Source: an uncultured virus (IMG/VR IMGVR_UViG_3300037991_001647) (taxonomy: Duplodnaviria > Heunggongvirae > Uroviricota > Caudoviricetes). Taken from it: DNA of 20,000 nt. The stretch lies in IMG/VR virus record IMGVR_UViG_3300037991_001647, positions 51,782 to 71,781 of that record. The stretch is one strand, 5' to 3'. Below, one piece after another: positions 8,615 to 16,428 of this stretch (position 1 is the first letter of the stretch; each line of letters opens with the position of its first letter). The notes below the pieces were generated by a model that made no database searches, had not been told where the DNA came from, and saw only the letters and a list, made by a program, of their open reading frames with translations. The translations under genes were made by a program, and so were the position numbers.

Positions 8615-10546
8615 TTATTTTTGATTTAACTCGTTTATTTTTTGTGCTAAAGCATCAATCTTTTCTAAATCAGAGTCATTTAAGTCTGACATACGTTTTG
8701 GATCTGATTTAAGTTTGATTTTCTTACCGCCTACTTCAATAGTATCGCCTTTTTTCTTGCCTGCTTTAGCGGCCGCATCTAGAGCCTGATAGAAATCATT
8801 GTACTCTGACATAACAATTTTTGCTGACCTTGATACAATCTCATCTGCAACTTTGTCTGCGTTAAATACTTTCTTGGTACTCATTGGACCTCCTGCTTGA
8901 CCTATTTGACCTTTAACAAAGTTAACTGCCTTCTTAGCAAGATTTAGTCCACCTTTGCCTTTCTGCACTGCTCCACCGATTTTATCACCAATGTTACTTG
9001 CAGTTCTGGCCATACCTACTGCTTTTCTTTTATCCATTCCTTTTGAAATAGCATATTCGGCTCCTAACTTTGCTACGTTACCAATCTTGCCTTCTTTCAT
9101 AGCACCTAAGGCAAAGTCAGCAATCTTTAACATACCTGCTTTTGTCTTTAGCATATTATCAATTTTTTCTTTGTTAGCATCGTTAACTTTATCATAAACT
9201 TGTGATACCGCTGATGCAGTAAATAAGTCTACTTTCATTTGACCATCATCAAATTTAACAGGCATATTTTGTTTGTCTGCTACAATTTTCTTGATAGTAT
9301 CCATTGCACCTTCTTCAATCGCTACTGATTCCTCAGTATGTAAATGTGCATCAACACCTGAAGTGCCTTTTAATTTTTTCATTTCAGCATACTTTTTAGC
9401 CGCCTCGTAAGAAGTTTTTGCTTTAACTTCTTCTTTGCCGTGCTTTGCGTGAACAACTGTATATGTATGTTCTTCTGCCTCTACTAGACCCATTTCTTTT
9501 GCAATCTTGTAACGTAACTTGTCTGCATCACCTGGTTCCATATCAGCACTACCTCTACGTCTTGCTTCCATATCAATCTTACTTGCATTTTCTTTGCCAA
9601 GTTTTTCTATGTCGCTGAAACCCATTCTGCTTTCACGCATTTCACTTGATGTTTCCATACTTGCTACGCCATCTTTTTGCATACCTTGTTCTGTAAAGTC
9701 AACATTCATTTTAACCATTTTTGAAATTTCTTTTGCAAAACCTGAATCTGTATAGATAGTCCAAGGACCGTCGTGTGTTACATCTACTTTTCTGTAACCA
9801 TCATCTTCATCACCGTGTANNNNNNNNNNTAGAAATCCACCTGGCTCAAAAGGGTTTTCAACTTCAATCTTTGATACTTTAACAGACTTTGGATTATTTC
9901 CTTCTTTATCCCAAATACTGTCACCTGCTAAAGGAACTTCTTTTGCAGGGATTGACATAGTTGTTTCTGGTTCTTCCTTAATACCCATCTTTTTTGCTTC
10001 GTCTTCTAATTCTGCTTTTCTACGCATAACTTCTTTTTTAAGTTTTTCGTCTTTATGAGTGTTTGGATCCATTTGAATATCTTGCAATGCTTTTTTCTTG
10101 GCCATATAATCTTCTTTGTCCTTGAGAGATGTCGAGTGTGAAGATTCTTCTACGCCTTCTTCTTTATTATTCATTACTGCATCGTAATCTGCCATTTCTT
10201 GTTCATCTGGCATTTCTTCTGCACTTGGTGTATCCATATCCATTGCTGGTTCTTCTGGACCCATATCCATATCACTTGGTGATTCTGGATCTAATGCTGG
10301 CTCATCTGATGCCGCACCTAATTCTAATGTGTGCATTCTAGCCGCTAGACTATCAGTCATACGTTCATACGCCTCATAGGATTTATTGTGTTGATTAGAA
10401 AATGTTAATGCCAAATCGTGAATTGCATCACGGGCATTTTTACCTGATTCAAGTTCTTGTTTGAGTTGTTCTGTAGAACGATTTAGGTAATCTTCAAACT
10501 CATCATTTGAGATTACAAAGTTCTCAGTTAATTGTGTAAGTTTCAT
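8615..10546 (-). CDS. Modular putative virion internal (poly)protein, about 643 aa; spans an assembly gap
   Basis: N-terminus MKLTQLTE. Short modules separated by VEES, IKEE, MRES, LVEA, IEEG, MKEG, MSEY. Acidic Met/Pro-rich linker. ATGA overlap with the upstream gene. Function is inferred. Confidence 0.6.
   Translation of the reverse strand: MKLTQLTENFVISNDEFEDYLNRSTEQLKQELESGKNARDAIHDLALTFSNQHNKSYEAYERMTDSLAARMHTLELGAASDEPALDPESPSDMDMGPEEPAMDMDTPSAEEMPDEQEMADYDAVMNNKEEGVEESSHSTSLKDKEDYMAKKKALQDIQMDPNTHKDEKLKKEVMRRKAELEDEAKKMGIKEEPETTMSIPAKEVPLAGDSIWDKEGNNPKSVKVSKIEVENPFEPGGFLXXXXHGDEDDGYRKVDVTHDGPWTIYTDSGFAKEISKMVKMNVDFTEQGMQKDGVASMETSSEMRESRMGFSDIEKLGKENASKIDMEARRRGSADMEPGDADKLRYKIAKEMGLVEAEEHTYTVVHAKHGKEEVKAKTSYEAAKKYAEMKKLKGTSGVDAHLHTEESVAIEEGAMDTIKKIVADKQNMPVKFDDGQMKVDLFTASAVSQVYDKVNDANKEKIDNMLKTKAGMLKIADFALGAMKEGKIGNVAKLGAEYAISKGMDKRKAVGMARTASNIGDKIGGAVQKGKGGLNLAKKAVNFVKGQIGQAGGPMSTKKVFNADKVADEIVSRSAKIVMSEYNDFYQALDAAAKAGKKKGDTIEVGGKKIKLKSDPKRMSDLNDSDLEKIDALAQKINELNQK
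9820..9829. other. Assembly gap (10 N)
   Basis: Run of N. True length and reading-frame continuity are unknown. Confidence 0.99.
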
Positions 10547-10785
10547 TTTGCATCTCTCTTTATCATAGGACTCTTAACAGGTTTGTTATATACTAAATTT
10601 CCAACACTTGGACTAAAACCCATTGCATATTCCTTTTGTTTCTTTTTCTTTTTAGGTGTCAAATAACCGAAAGGGTCTACAGCCTTTCTGGCATCTTTAG
10701 CCTTTGTTCCTGGTGTCATAGGAAATACGACACTTGAAAAGTTACCAGAAACTATGCTTTCACCTAAAATATCAAATATTTTCAT
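10543..10785 (-). CDS. Small basic protein (80 aa), putative virion internal protein
   Basis: Start revised from TTG 10800 to ATG 10785 (MKIFDILGES...), 5 nt after GATAAATA. Lys-rich. Confidence 0.65.
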   Translation of the reverse strand: MKIFDILGESIVSGNFSSVVFPMTPGTKAKDARKAVDPFGYLTPKKKKKQKEYAMGFSPSVGNLVYNKPVKSPMIKRDAK

Positions 10786-10790
10786 AATAC

Positions 10791-10798
10791 TATTTATC
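10791..10798 (-). promoter_or_regulatory. T4 gp55-type late promoter-like motif GATAAATA
   Basis: One mismatch to the T4 late consensus TATAAATA. Intergenic and repeated at 19331-19338. Confidence 0.6.
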
Positions 10799-10805
10799 AA
10801 ATTAA

Positions 10806-12146
10806 TTAGATTTTATCCCACTTGGAAACAATGTTTTCGCCATCTTCTATTAATTCGTGATAATGTGGGAAATGTTCAGCAAAAGATATCTTTCTTCTAT
10901 CTTCTAATTTCTTGAATTGTATCCAGGCCTCGCCTTTAATATTAGGGTCTACAGGACTTTCTACAATAGATTTCATAGTTTCCATAAGTGACATATACTT
11001 TTCTTTTTGATACATATCTACTTCCATAGAGTTTAAGAAGTCTATTTGTTCGTCTATTGCTTTTGCGTGATGAGGTTCCAATGCTGATACAGATAAATGA
11101 GCAGGATTATCTACCCAATTACTGTGCATATGTATCTTATTTTTATAATTATGTAGTTTTAATTTATCATCAAGATATATTAAAAAATCTTTAAAATAAG
11201 GCAAACTTAAACTGTTATGGGCACAACCAAATCCAACTAATAGATTAGGTAATTCTTTCCCCTTTTCAAAAAACAAGTCTAAGTTTTTATCCCAAGTATC
11301 CCATATTAATCCCCACCTTATAATTTCACTACGTTTTCCTATGGCCTCACCTGATATTTGCATATCATATATTATGTTTGGAGTTCTTTTAACAAGTTCT
11401 ATGAACCTATCAAACTTATGTCTTGGAAAATTCATATTAGTAGTAACTGTTATTACTACCTTTTGCTCTGACTTAGGATCCATCTTATCATTTATGTTTA
11501 CCATAAATTCTTCAATAAACTTATACATATGTTCAGTAAAGAATGGTTCTCCGCCTAATAGACTAAAGTTAACGTGTTCTCTATCTTTTAAAGAATGATC
11601 CCAATATGAATTCAATATCTTAATAACTTTATCAAATATCAAATCTTCTGTATCAGGAAATCTTTGACCTAATTCTTTTTGCCATCTTGTGCTAGACCCA
11701 CCCCAACAATAAACACAAGCCATATTACATTTGTTTGTTAATTCTATTTCAATGAATTTCATATTATCAAATCTTCTCATCTTTTGATGAAAAGCAATTC
11801 TTTTTTTAGGGTGTTGTAAACTTTTTCTTAAATCCCTTTTCATATGAAAATCATAATTTTTTGTGTATTCAGTTCTTACACTACGTCCACCTGCATCTTC
11901 TGATTTCCAACAGAAAGTACAATCTTCACTACGTGTACCACCACTAAGTTCCCATTTTCTTCTTTGTAGCACAGGGTGATTAAAAAGAAAATCTTCTGTT
12001 AAGGTATCCAATGTAAATGTTGTTGCATCTTCATCTTTTTTATTCATTACAGTTTTACAACACCATTTTACATTTTTACGAGGTAAAGNNNNNNNNNNTT
12101 GTTCTAAGTAGTGTACTCGTGGATTAATGTTTTCGATGTTTGGCAT
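10806..12146 (-). CDS. Radical SAM protein with N-terminal SPASM/twitch-like Cys region; spans an assembly gap
   Basis: CNMACVYC (CxxxCxxC), LLGGEPF, VTTN. N-terminal WCCK and CTFCWKSE. TAATG-coupled to the 1425-aa gene. Confidence 0.88.
   Translation of the reverse strand: MPNIENINPRVHYLEQXXXXLPRKNVKWCCKTVMNKKDEDATTFTLDTLTEDFLFNHPVLQRRKWELSGGTRSEDCTFCWKSEDAGGRSVRTEYTKNYDFHMKRDLRKSLQHPKKRIAFHQKMRRFDNMKFIEIELTNKCNMACVYCWGGSSTRWQKELGQRFPDTEDLIFDKVIKILNSYWDHSLKDREHVNFSLLGGEPFFTEHMYKFIEEFMVNINDKMDPKSEQKVVITVTTNMNFPRHKFDRFIELVKRTPNIIYDMQISGEAIGKRSEIIRWGLIWDTWDKNLDLFFEKGKELPNLLVGFGCAHNSLSLPYFKDFLIYLDDKLKLHNYKNKIHMHSNWVDNPAHLSVSALEPHHAKAIDEQIDFLNSMEVDMYQKEKYMSLMETMKSIVESPVDPNIKGEAWIQFKKLEDRRKISFAEHFPHYHELIEDGENIVSKWDKI
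12089..12098. other. Assembly gap (10 N)
   Basis: Run of N near the 5' end of the radical SAM gene. Confidence 0.99.
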
Positions 12147-15100
12147 TACTTCTTTTTAGTCCTCAGTAGTTTCTTTGGAAACCCATCTTTATCTACATCA
12201 TTACCAAACTTCTTCGCTTGTTTGATAATTTCATTGGGTCCTACATCTACTGAGGTATTTATGCCTGGTATAACACGACCTACTCCGGCCGCTTCCTTAA
12301 CTTCATTTGTTAAAATACTTTTTAGTTGATTAATAGTATCGTTAGTTGTTGACGTATGATGTTTAATAGCAACACCACCTGCTTGTTTCCAAGCATTTAC
12401 GTTTTTACCATAGTCATCAATTAAGATGTTTGGTGTACCATCAGGTTGTTTAGCATATTGAGATTTATTATGGTCAATAATAACTTTCTCAGGTTTAAAG
12501 AAACCCAAATGTTTATTAACCCATTCACGTTTGCCTGGATCAACATTAGGATCGTTAGCAAGAGGTGAACTTAAAATTTTATATGAACCGTGCATTTGTT
12601 TTATAGCAGTTAATAATTCTTTATAACCTGCTAAAGGAGGTAGATTTTCCCAGAAGTTAGGAGTATCTACAATCTTCTTTAATGCTTTTGGTATTTCTCT
12701 TTTTGGTATATCTCTATAAGTTTTGACGTTCATAAGTTTAGCCCATTCTGTAAAGAAGTCAACTAATACTCCGTCCATATCTACAAACACTTCTGATTTA
12801 GATTCTTCTGCCTCTGTCATCTCTGCTTGAGGTATACTAGGTCCACCTGATGATTTAGTTTGTTTCTTTGTCTTATTACCAAACTTATCTTTTACATAAT
12901 TGTATGCACCTATAGCCGCACCACCGCCTGATGTACCTGCACCTGCAATTTTATAAGCAGGATCTGTCATTAACTTACTTGCTATCTTTGGTCCATATGT
13001 TCTTGCTAAATGGGCCGCACCTTGTATTGCTGGATATATCCATTCTTTCACATCTGATTTTGCAAATGCTCCCATATAATCAGGTATCTTTGTTTTAACC
13101 CAAGGACCTCTGTGCATAAATCTTGCACTCATCATAACATTTGTACCAAAGTATTCTTCTGGTCTCATTATCATTACTTGATATTGTCTCTTTTCATTAT
13201 CAACACCTACAACTTCTACTTCCATTTCATCGTGTTTCTTACCTTTGTAAGTGATGCCGTGACCTGTCATAAATCTTGAAACTTTTTCTAATACAATACT
13301 TTCTTGTACTGGTACTTTCTTTAGTAAATCTTCTTTACTTAATTTGTAATTAGATTTCATCCATTGGTCTTGTAAGTCTGTTAGTAACTGACCAAGTTGT
13401 GGTCCTGCTCTATATCCCATTGCAAGTAAATCTTTGCCATTTACTGGAAACTCAGGCTTTTCAAAAGAATGCACTGTATCATAAACATCATTCTTATTAT
13501 GCATATTTGCCCAAGCAAGTAAATGGTCTTGTGATACACCTTTAACAAGCATATCTTTTGCTTGTTTTGGATTAATGTTTTGACCTTTATGTTTAATTAA
13601 AAAGTCAAGCATTTCTGTATCATATTTACTCATCTTCCATTCTCTTGCAATATTACTATTGTCTAATAATATAGCAAGTGAAATAATAGGACCTGCAGGT
13701 TCACCTAACTTAGATGGTTTGATACCACCTAATCCAATCATTTGATTGACACCTGTTTTATTCATCCATTCAAGTGATTCTTCTGCATTAGTAGACATTA
13801 AAAGTTTTGACATTTCTTGCCAAATTCTTTCAACTGATAATCCTTTTATGCCTTGTACATTATCTTTGATAGCATTCAAAGTATCTTCATCCCATTTTGG
13901 ATTATCTAATTTAGATTGAAATCTAAAGTATCTTAAAATTCTTAAGTAATCTTCTTTAATTCTTTCTGCAGGATCTCCTACAAACTTTGAAACTTTATCT
14001 TGTAAGTCGTCCATACCACCATTGTAATCATAGATGTTACCATCAATATCCATTGACATTGCATTGTAAGTTAAGTCTCTACGTTTAGCATCTTCTTCCC
14101 AACTACGAACAAACTCAACTTCTGCCCTTCTACCATCAGTTTCTTTGTCTGCACGTAGAGTTGTTATTTCAAATGGTTCATCATCAATAACGGCAGTAAT
14201 TGTTCCGTGTTCTATTCCTGTAGGAACAGTTTTTACTTTTGCTTTATCAAGCATATTCATCATTTCATCTGGTGTAGCATCTGTGGCAAAATCAATATCT
14301 TTAGGTTCTTTACCTAAAGCAATATCTCTTACTGCACCACCAACAATTCTTACTTCGTAATCATTGTCTTTGAATATCTTATCTAATTTTTTAATAGCAG
14401 GAGTAATAATTGGTTTTATGTTTATTGATTCTTCATTAATGCTTTCTTTTTTCTTTCTACCTGCACAATGAGCCTTTTGTGAAAAGCCTTTTGGATTTGA
14501 GCAATTAATACTTTTCTTATATTTGTTACTCCACTTTTCAAATATATCACCTTCAAATAATTCGTTACCATATAATCCTAAATACTCTTGCTCAAGTTCA
14601 CGCCAGTTAATTTTGTCATTTGTTTGCATTGCCAACATCATTGCATAGTAACCAAGTGAATGTCTAAGTTTACCATTAGTTTCTTTATACTTTCTTTTAA
14701 GTATTTTATGCATCATTTGTGCCATATTGATATATGCTTTTTTGTTTATTGCGTGTCCTAACTTACGAGCAACTACACCAAATGGTGTTTCTTCATTTAC
14801 TTGTTTTTCAAATTTCCAAGACTTAACTTTATTTGGAAGAATAACTCCACGTGGTGCTGATAGTTTATTAACATCTAAATCATCGCCCCACCATACACCA
14901 TCAAGTCCTAATGTTTCTGCATATAAAGGTAATACATATTCTAGTACACCAGTTGCTTCAATTCTACTTTGACCTGTTGCTTTCTTTAATTTGTCAGTAG
15001 GAACAATACCACCTTTGTCTATATCAACATCATAGTCTTCTAATTCATCGCCGTGTTCTGCTTTCGCATCAGCCATTGAATTAAATGTTTGACTAAGAGT

Positions 15101-16423
15101 ATCATCCATTTCGTCATCATACCAACTTACTGTAACAGTTTCCTGTTGCTCAAGAAATCCATTATCAATAGCCCATTGTTTGATTTGATTGTTTTGTTGT
15201 GATGTAAGTTTATGTGTATCTAAAAATGTATTGTTTTGTTTTGTTGCAGTATATGTATCGCCTGAAACTTGTCCTCTAGCAATACGTCTCCAAGCATCAG
15301 GTTCTGTACTAACACTTAACCCGTTTCCTTCATAACTAAAGTCACCTTTTTTACTTGCATCTAAGGTACCTACGTGATATAAATCTTTTAAAGATATTGT
15401 AGGAAACTTTGTTTCTTCATTTACTTGTTCACACTTACAAGGTTCAGCATAGCATTTACCACACACCCATTCATTTACAACTGATTTTAATTCATCTGGT
15501 AATAAAGCAATCGCTTGTTTTCTTAAATTCTGATTACCCTTTGTCATAACTCTTAATAAGTCTGCCTTTTCTGCGTGATATACTTTAGCAAACTTAGGAT
15601 CATTTTGTGCGATATCTTTACCATTGCTTATCAAGTCTGCATACTTAACTGTTTGTGCCTCTGCACTAACACCTGCTAGTTTGTCTCTATCGATTGCTTT
15701 ACGTGTTTTTCTATTACCATCTTCTGGTTTACTTACATCTGTAAGTTCAACAACTAGTTTAGCAATCTTAGGACCAAACTCTCTTGTTATGTCCATAGGT
15801 GTAGTATTTGTATCTTCAACTGTATCGTGTAATAAAGCCGCCGCCTGTTGTTCTATAGTACCGCCTGCTTGTTTTACTATATTTCTAACTTCATCTAAAT
15901 GAACATAATACGGATCACCAGTATACTTTCTCTTGTGGTCTTTATGAGCCTCTTGTGCAAACTTTTCTGCTTTTGCTATTATATCCATTTCTTCATTTTC
16001 TGTGTATATGTCTTTGAAGTATACACGAGGAAATTTTAATGTCAATGATAATAATTCGTTTCCGTCAACATTTGCACGTAATATTCTAACTGGATCACCA
16101 GAATTTAAAGCGGCCAACCATCTATGATGACCATCAATAATATAATCATCACTACTTGCTAGTAATGGTTTAGGATTTAGACCTTCGCCTTTTTCTTTAT
16201 TCTTGTTTAATTGTTTTGTAACACCCTGGTCAGAAAATTCTTTCTGCATAGGTTTTAAGTCTTTTGCTTGTACGATTTCAGGTTTTAGATTGACACCATT
16301 ATCTTTTAGATATGATTTGTATTCTGGATAGTCTAATTCTTTCACTTGAGGCATCTTATCTCTTGCGATACCCATAGTGTCTGAAGCCTTAGGCTTTACA
16401 ATTTTGAACTCCTCGAGTTTCAT
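12146..16423 (-). CDS. Multidomain polyvalent protein: ParB/Srx-like + SpoT/Mesh1-type HD hydrolase + ART-like + CCA-adding tRNA nucleotidyltransferase + HAD 5'(3')-nucleotidase
   Basis: IIDGHHRW (about 16120-16140). AHKDHKRKYTGDPY..H, ALLHDTVEDT, VKYADLISN (about 15490-15988). LYHVG..G.GLSVST..GLDGVWW (about 14806-15412). VGGAVRD/DIDFAT/EITTLR/RRDLTYNAM/EDYLRILR/SVERI (about 13310-14428). VFVDMDGVLVDF/ILIDDY (about 12315-12790). Confidence 0.9.
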   Translation of the reverse strand: MKLEEFKIVKPKASDTMGIARDKMPQVKELDYPEYKSYLKDNGVNLKPEIVQAKDLKPMQKEFSDQGVTKQLNKNKEKGEGLNPKPLLASSDDYIIDGHHRWLAALNSGDPVRILRANVDGNELLSLTLKFPRVYFKDIYTENEEMDIIAKAEKFAQEAHKDHKRKYTGDPYYVHLDEVRNIVKQAGGTIEQQAAALLHDTVEDTNTTPMDITREFGPKIAKLVVELTDVSKPEDGNRKTRKAIDRDKLAGVSAEAQTVKYADLISNGKDIAQNDPKFAKVYHAEKADLLRVMTKGNQNLRKQAIALLPDELKSVVNEWVCGKCYAEPCKCEQVNEETKFPTISLKDLYHVGTLDASKKGDFSYEGNGLSVSTEPDAWRRIARGQVSGDTYTATKQNNTFLDTHKLTSQQNNQIKQWAIDNGFLEQQETVTVSWYDDEMDDTLSQTFNSMADAKAEHGDELEDYDVDIDKGGIVPTDKLKKATGQSRIEATGVLEYVLPLYAETLGLDGVWWGDDLDVNKLSAPRGVILPNKVKSWKFEKQVNEETPFGVVARKLGHAINKKAYINMAQMMHKILKRKYKETNGKLRHSLGYYAMMLAMQTNDKINWRELEQEYLGLYGNELFEGDIFEKWSNKYKKSINCSNPKGFSQKAHCAGRKKKESINEESINIKPIITPAIKKLDKIFKDNDYEVRIVGGAVRDIALGKEPKDIDFATDATPDEMMNMLDKAKVKTVPTGIEHGTITAVIDDEPFEITTLRADKETDGRRAEVEFVRSWEEDAKRRDLTYNAMSMDIDGNIYDYNGGMDDLQDKVSKFVGDPAERIKEDYLRILRYFRFQSKLDNPKWDEDTLNAIKDNVQGIKGLSVERIWQEMSKLLMSTNAEESLEWMNKTGVNQMIGLGGIKPSKLGEPAGPIISLAILLDNSNIAREWKMSKYDTEMLDFLIKHKGQNINPKQAKDMLVKGVSQDHLLAWANMHNKNDVYDTVHSFEKPEFPVNGKDLLAMGYRAGPQLGQLLTDLQDQWMKSNYKLSKEDLLKKVPVQESIVLEKVSRFMTGHGITYKGKKHDEMEVEVVGVDNEKRQYQVMIMRPEEYFGTNVMMSARFMHRGPWVKTKIPDYMGAFAKSDVKEWIYPAIQGAAHLARTYGPKIASKLMTDPAYKIAGAGTSGGGAAIGAYNYVKDKFGNKTKKQTKSSGGPSIPQAEMTEAEESKSEVFVDMDGVLVDFFTEWAKLMNVKTYRDIPKREIPKALKKIVDTPNFWENLPPLAGYKELLTAIKQMHGSYKILSSPLANDPNVDPGKREWVNKHLGFFKPEKVIIDHNKSQYAKQPDGTPNILIDDYGKNVNAWKQAGGVAIKHHTSTTNDTINQLKSILTNEVKEAAGVGRVIPGINTSVDVGPNEIIKQAKKFGNDVDKDGFPKKLLRTKKK
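14786..14805. repeat. 20-bp exact direct repeat, copy 1
   Basis: TGTTTCTTCATTTACTTGTT; the minus strand encodes QVNEET. Confidence 0.95.
15410..15429. repeat. 20-bp exact direct repeat, copy 2
   Basis: Identical to 14786-14805. Spacing is 624 bp = 208 codons. Confidence 0.95.
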
Positions 16424-16428
16424 TGTAA

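Noticed and set aside
9820..9829. Programmed frameshift or hypervariable site at the N runs (also 12089-12098)
   Set aside because: Fixed 10-N scaffolding placeholders. Nothing can be inferred without reads.
10150..10320. Imperfect MDM/PEE/PDE repeats in the 643-aa protein as a repeat array
   Set aside because: Low-complexity disordered linker with no regular DNA periodicity.
12256..12263. CATAAATA as a late promoter for the radical SAM gene
   Set aside because: Inside coding sequence in AT-rich DNA, and the gene is already coupled to the upstream ORF. Chance occurrence is plausible.
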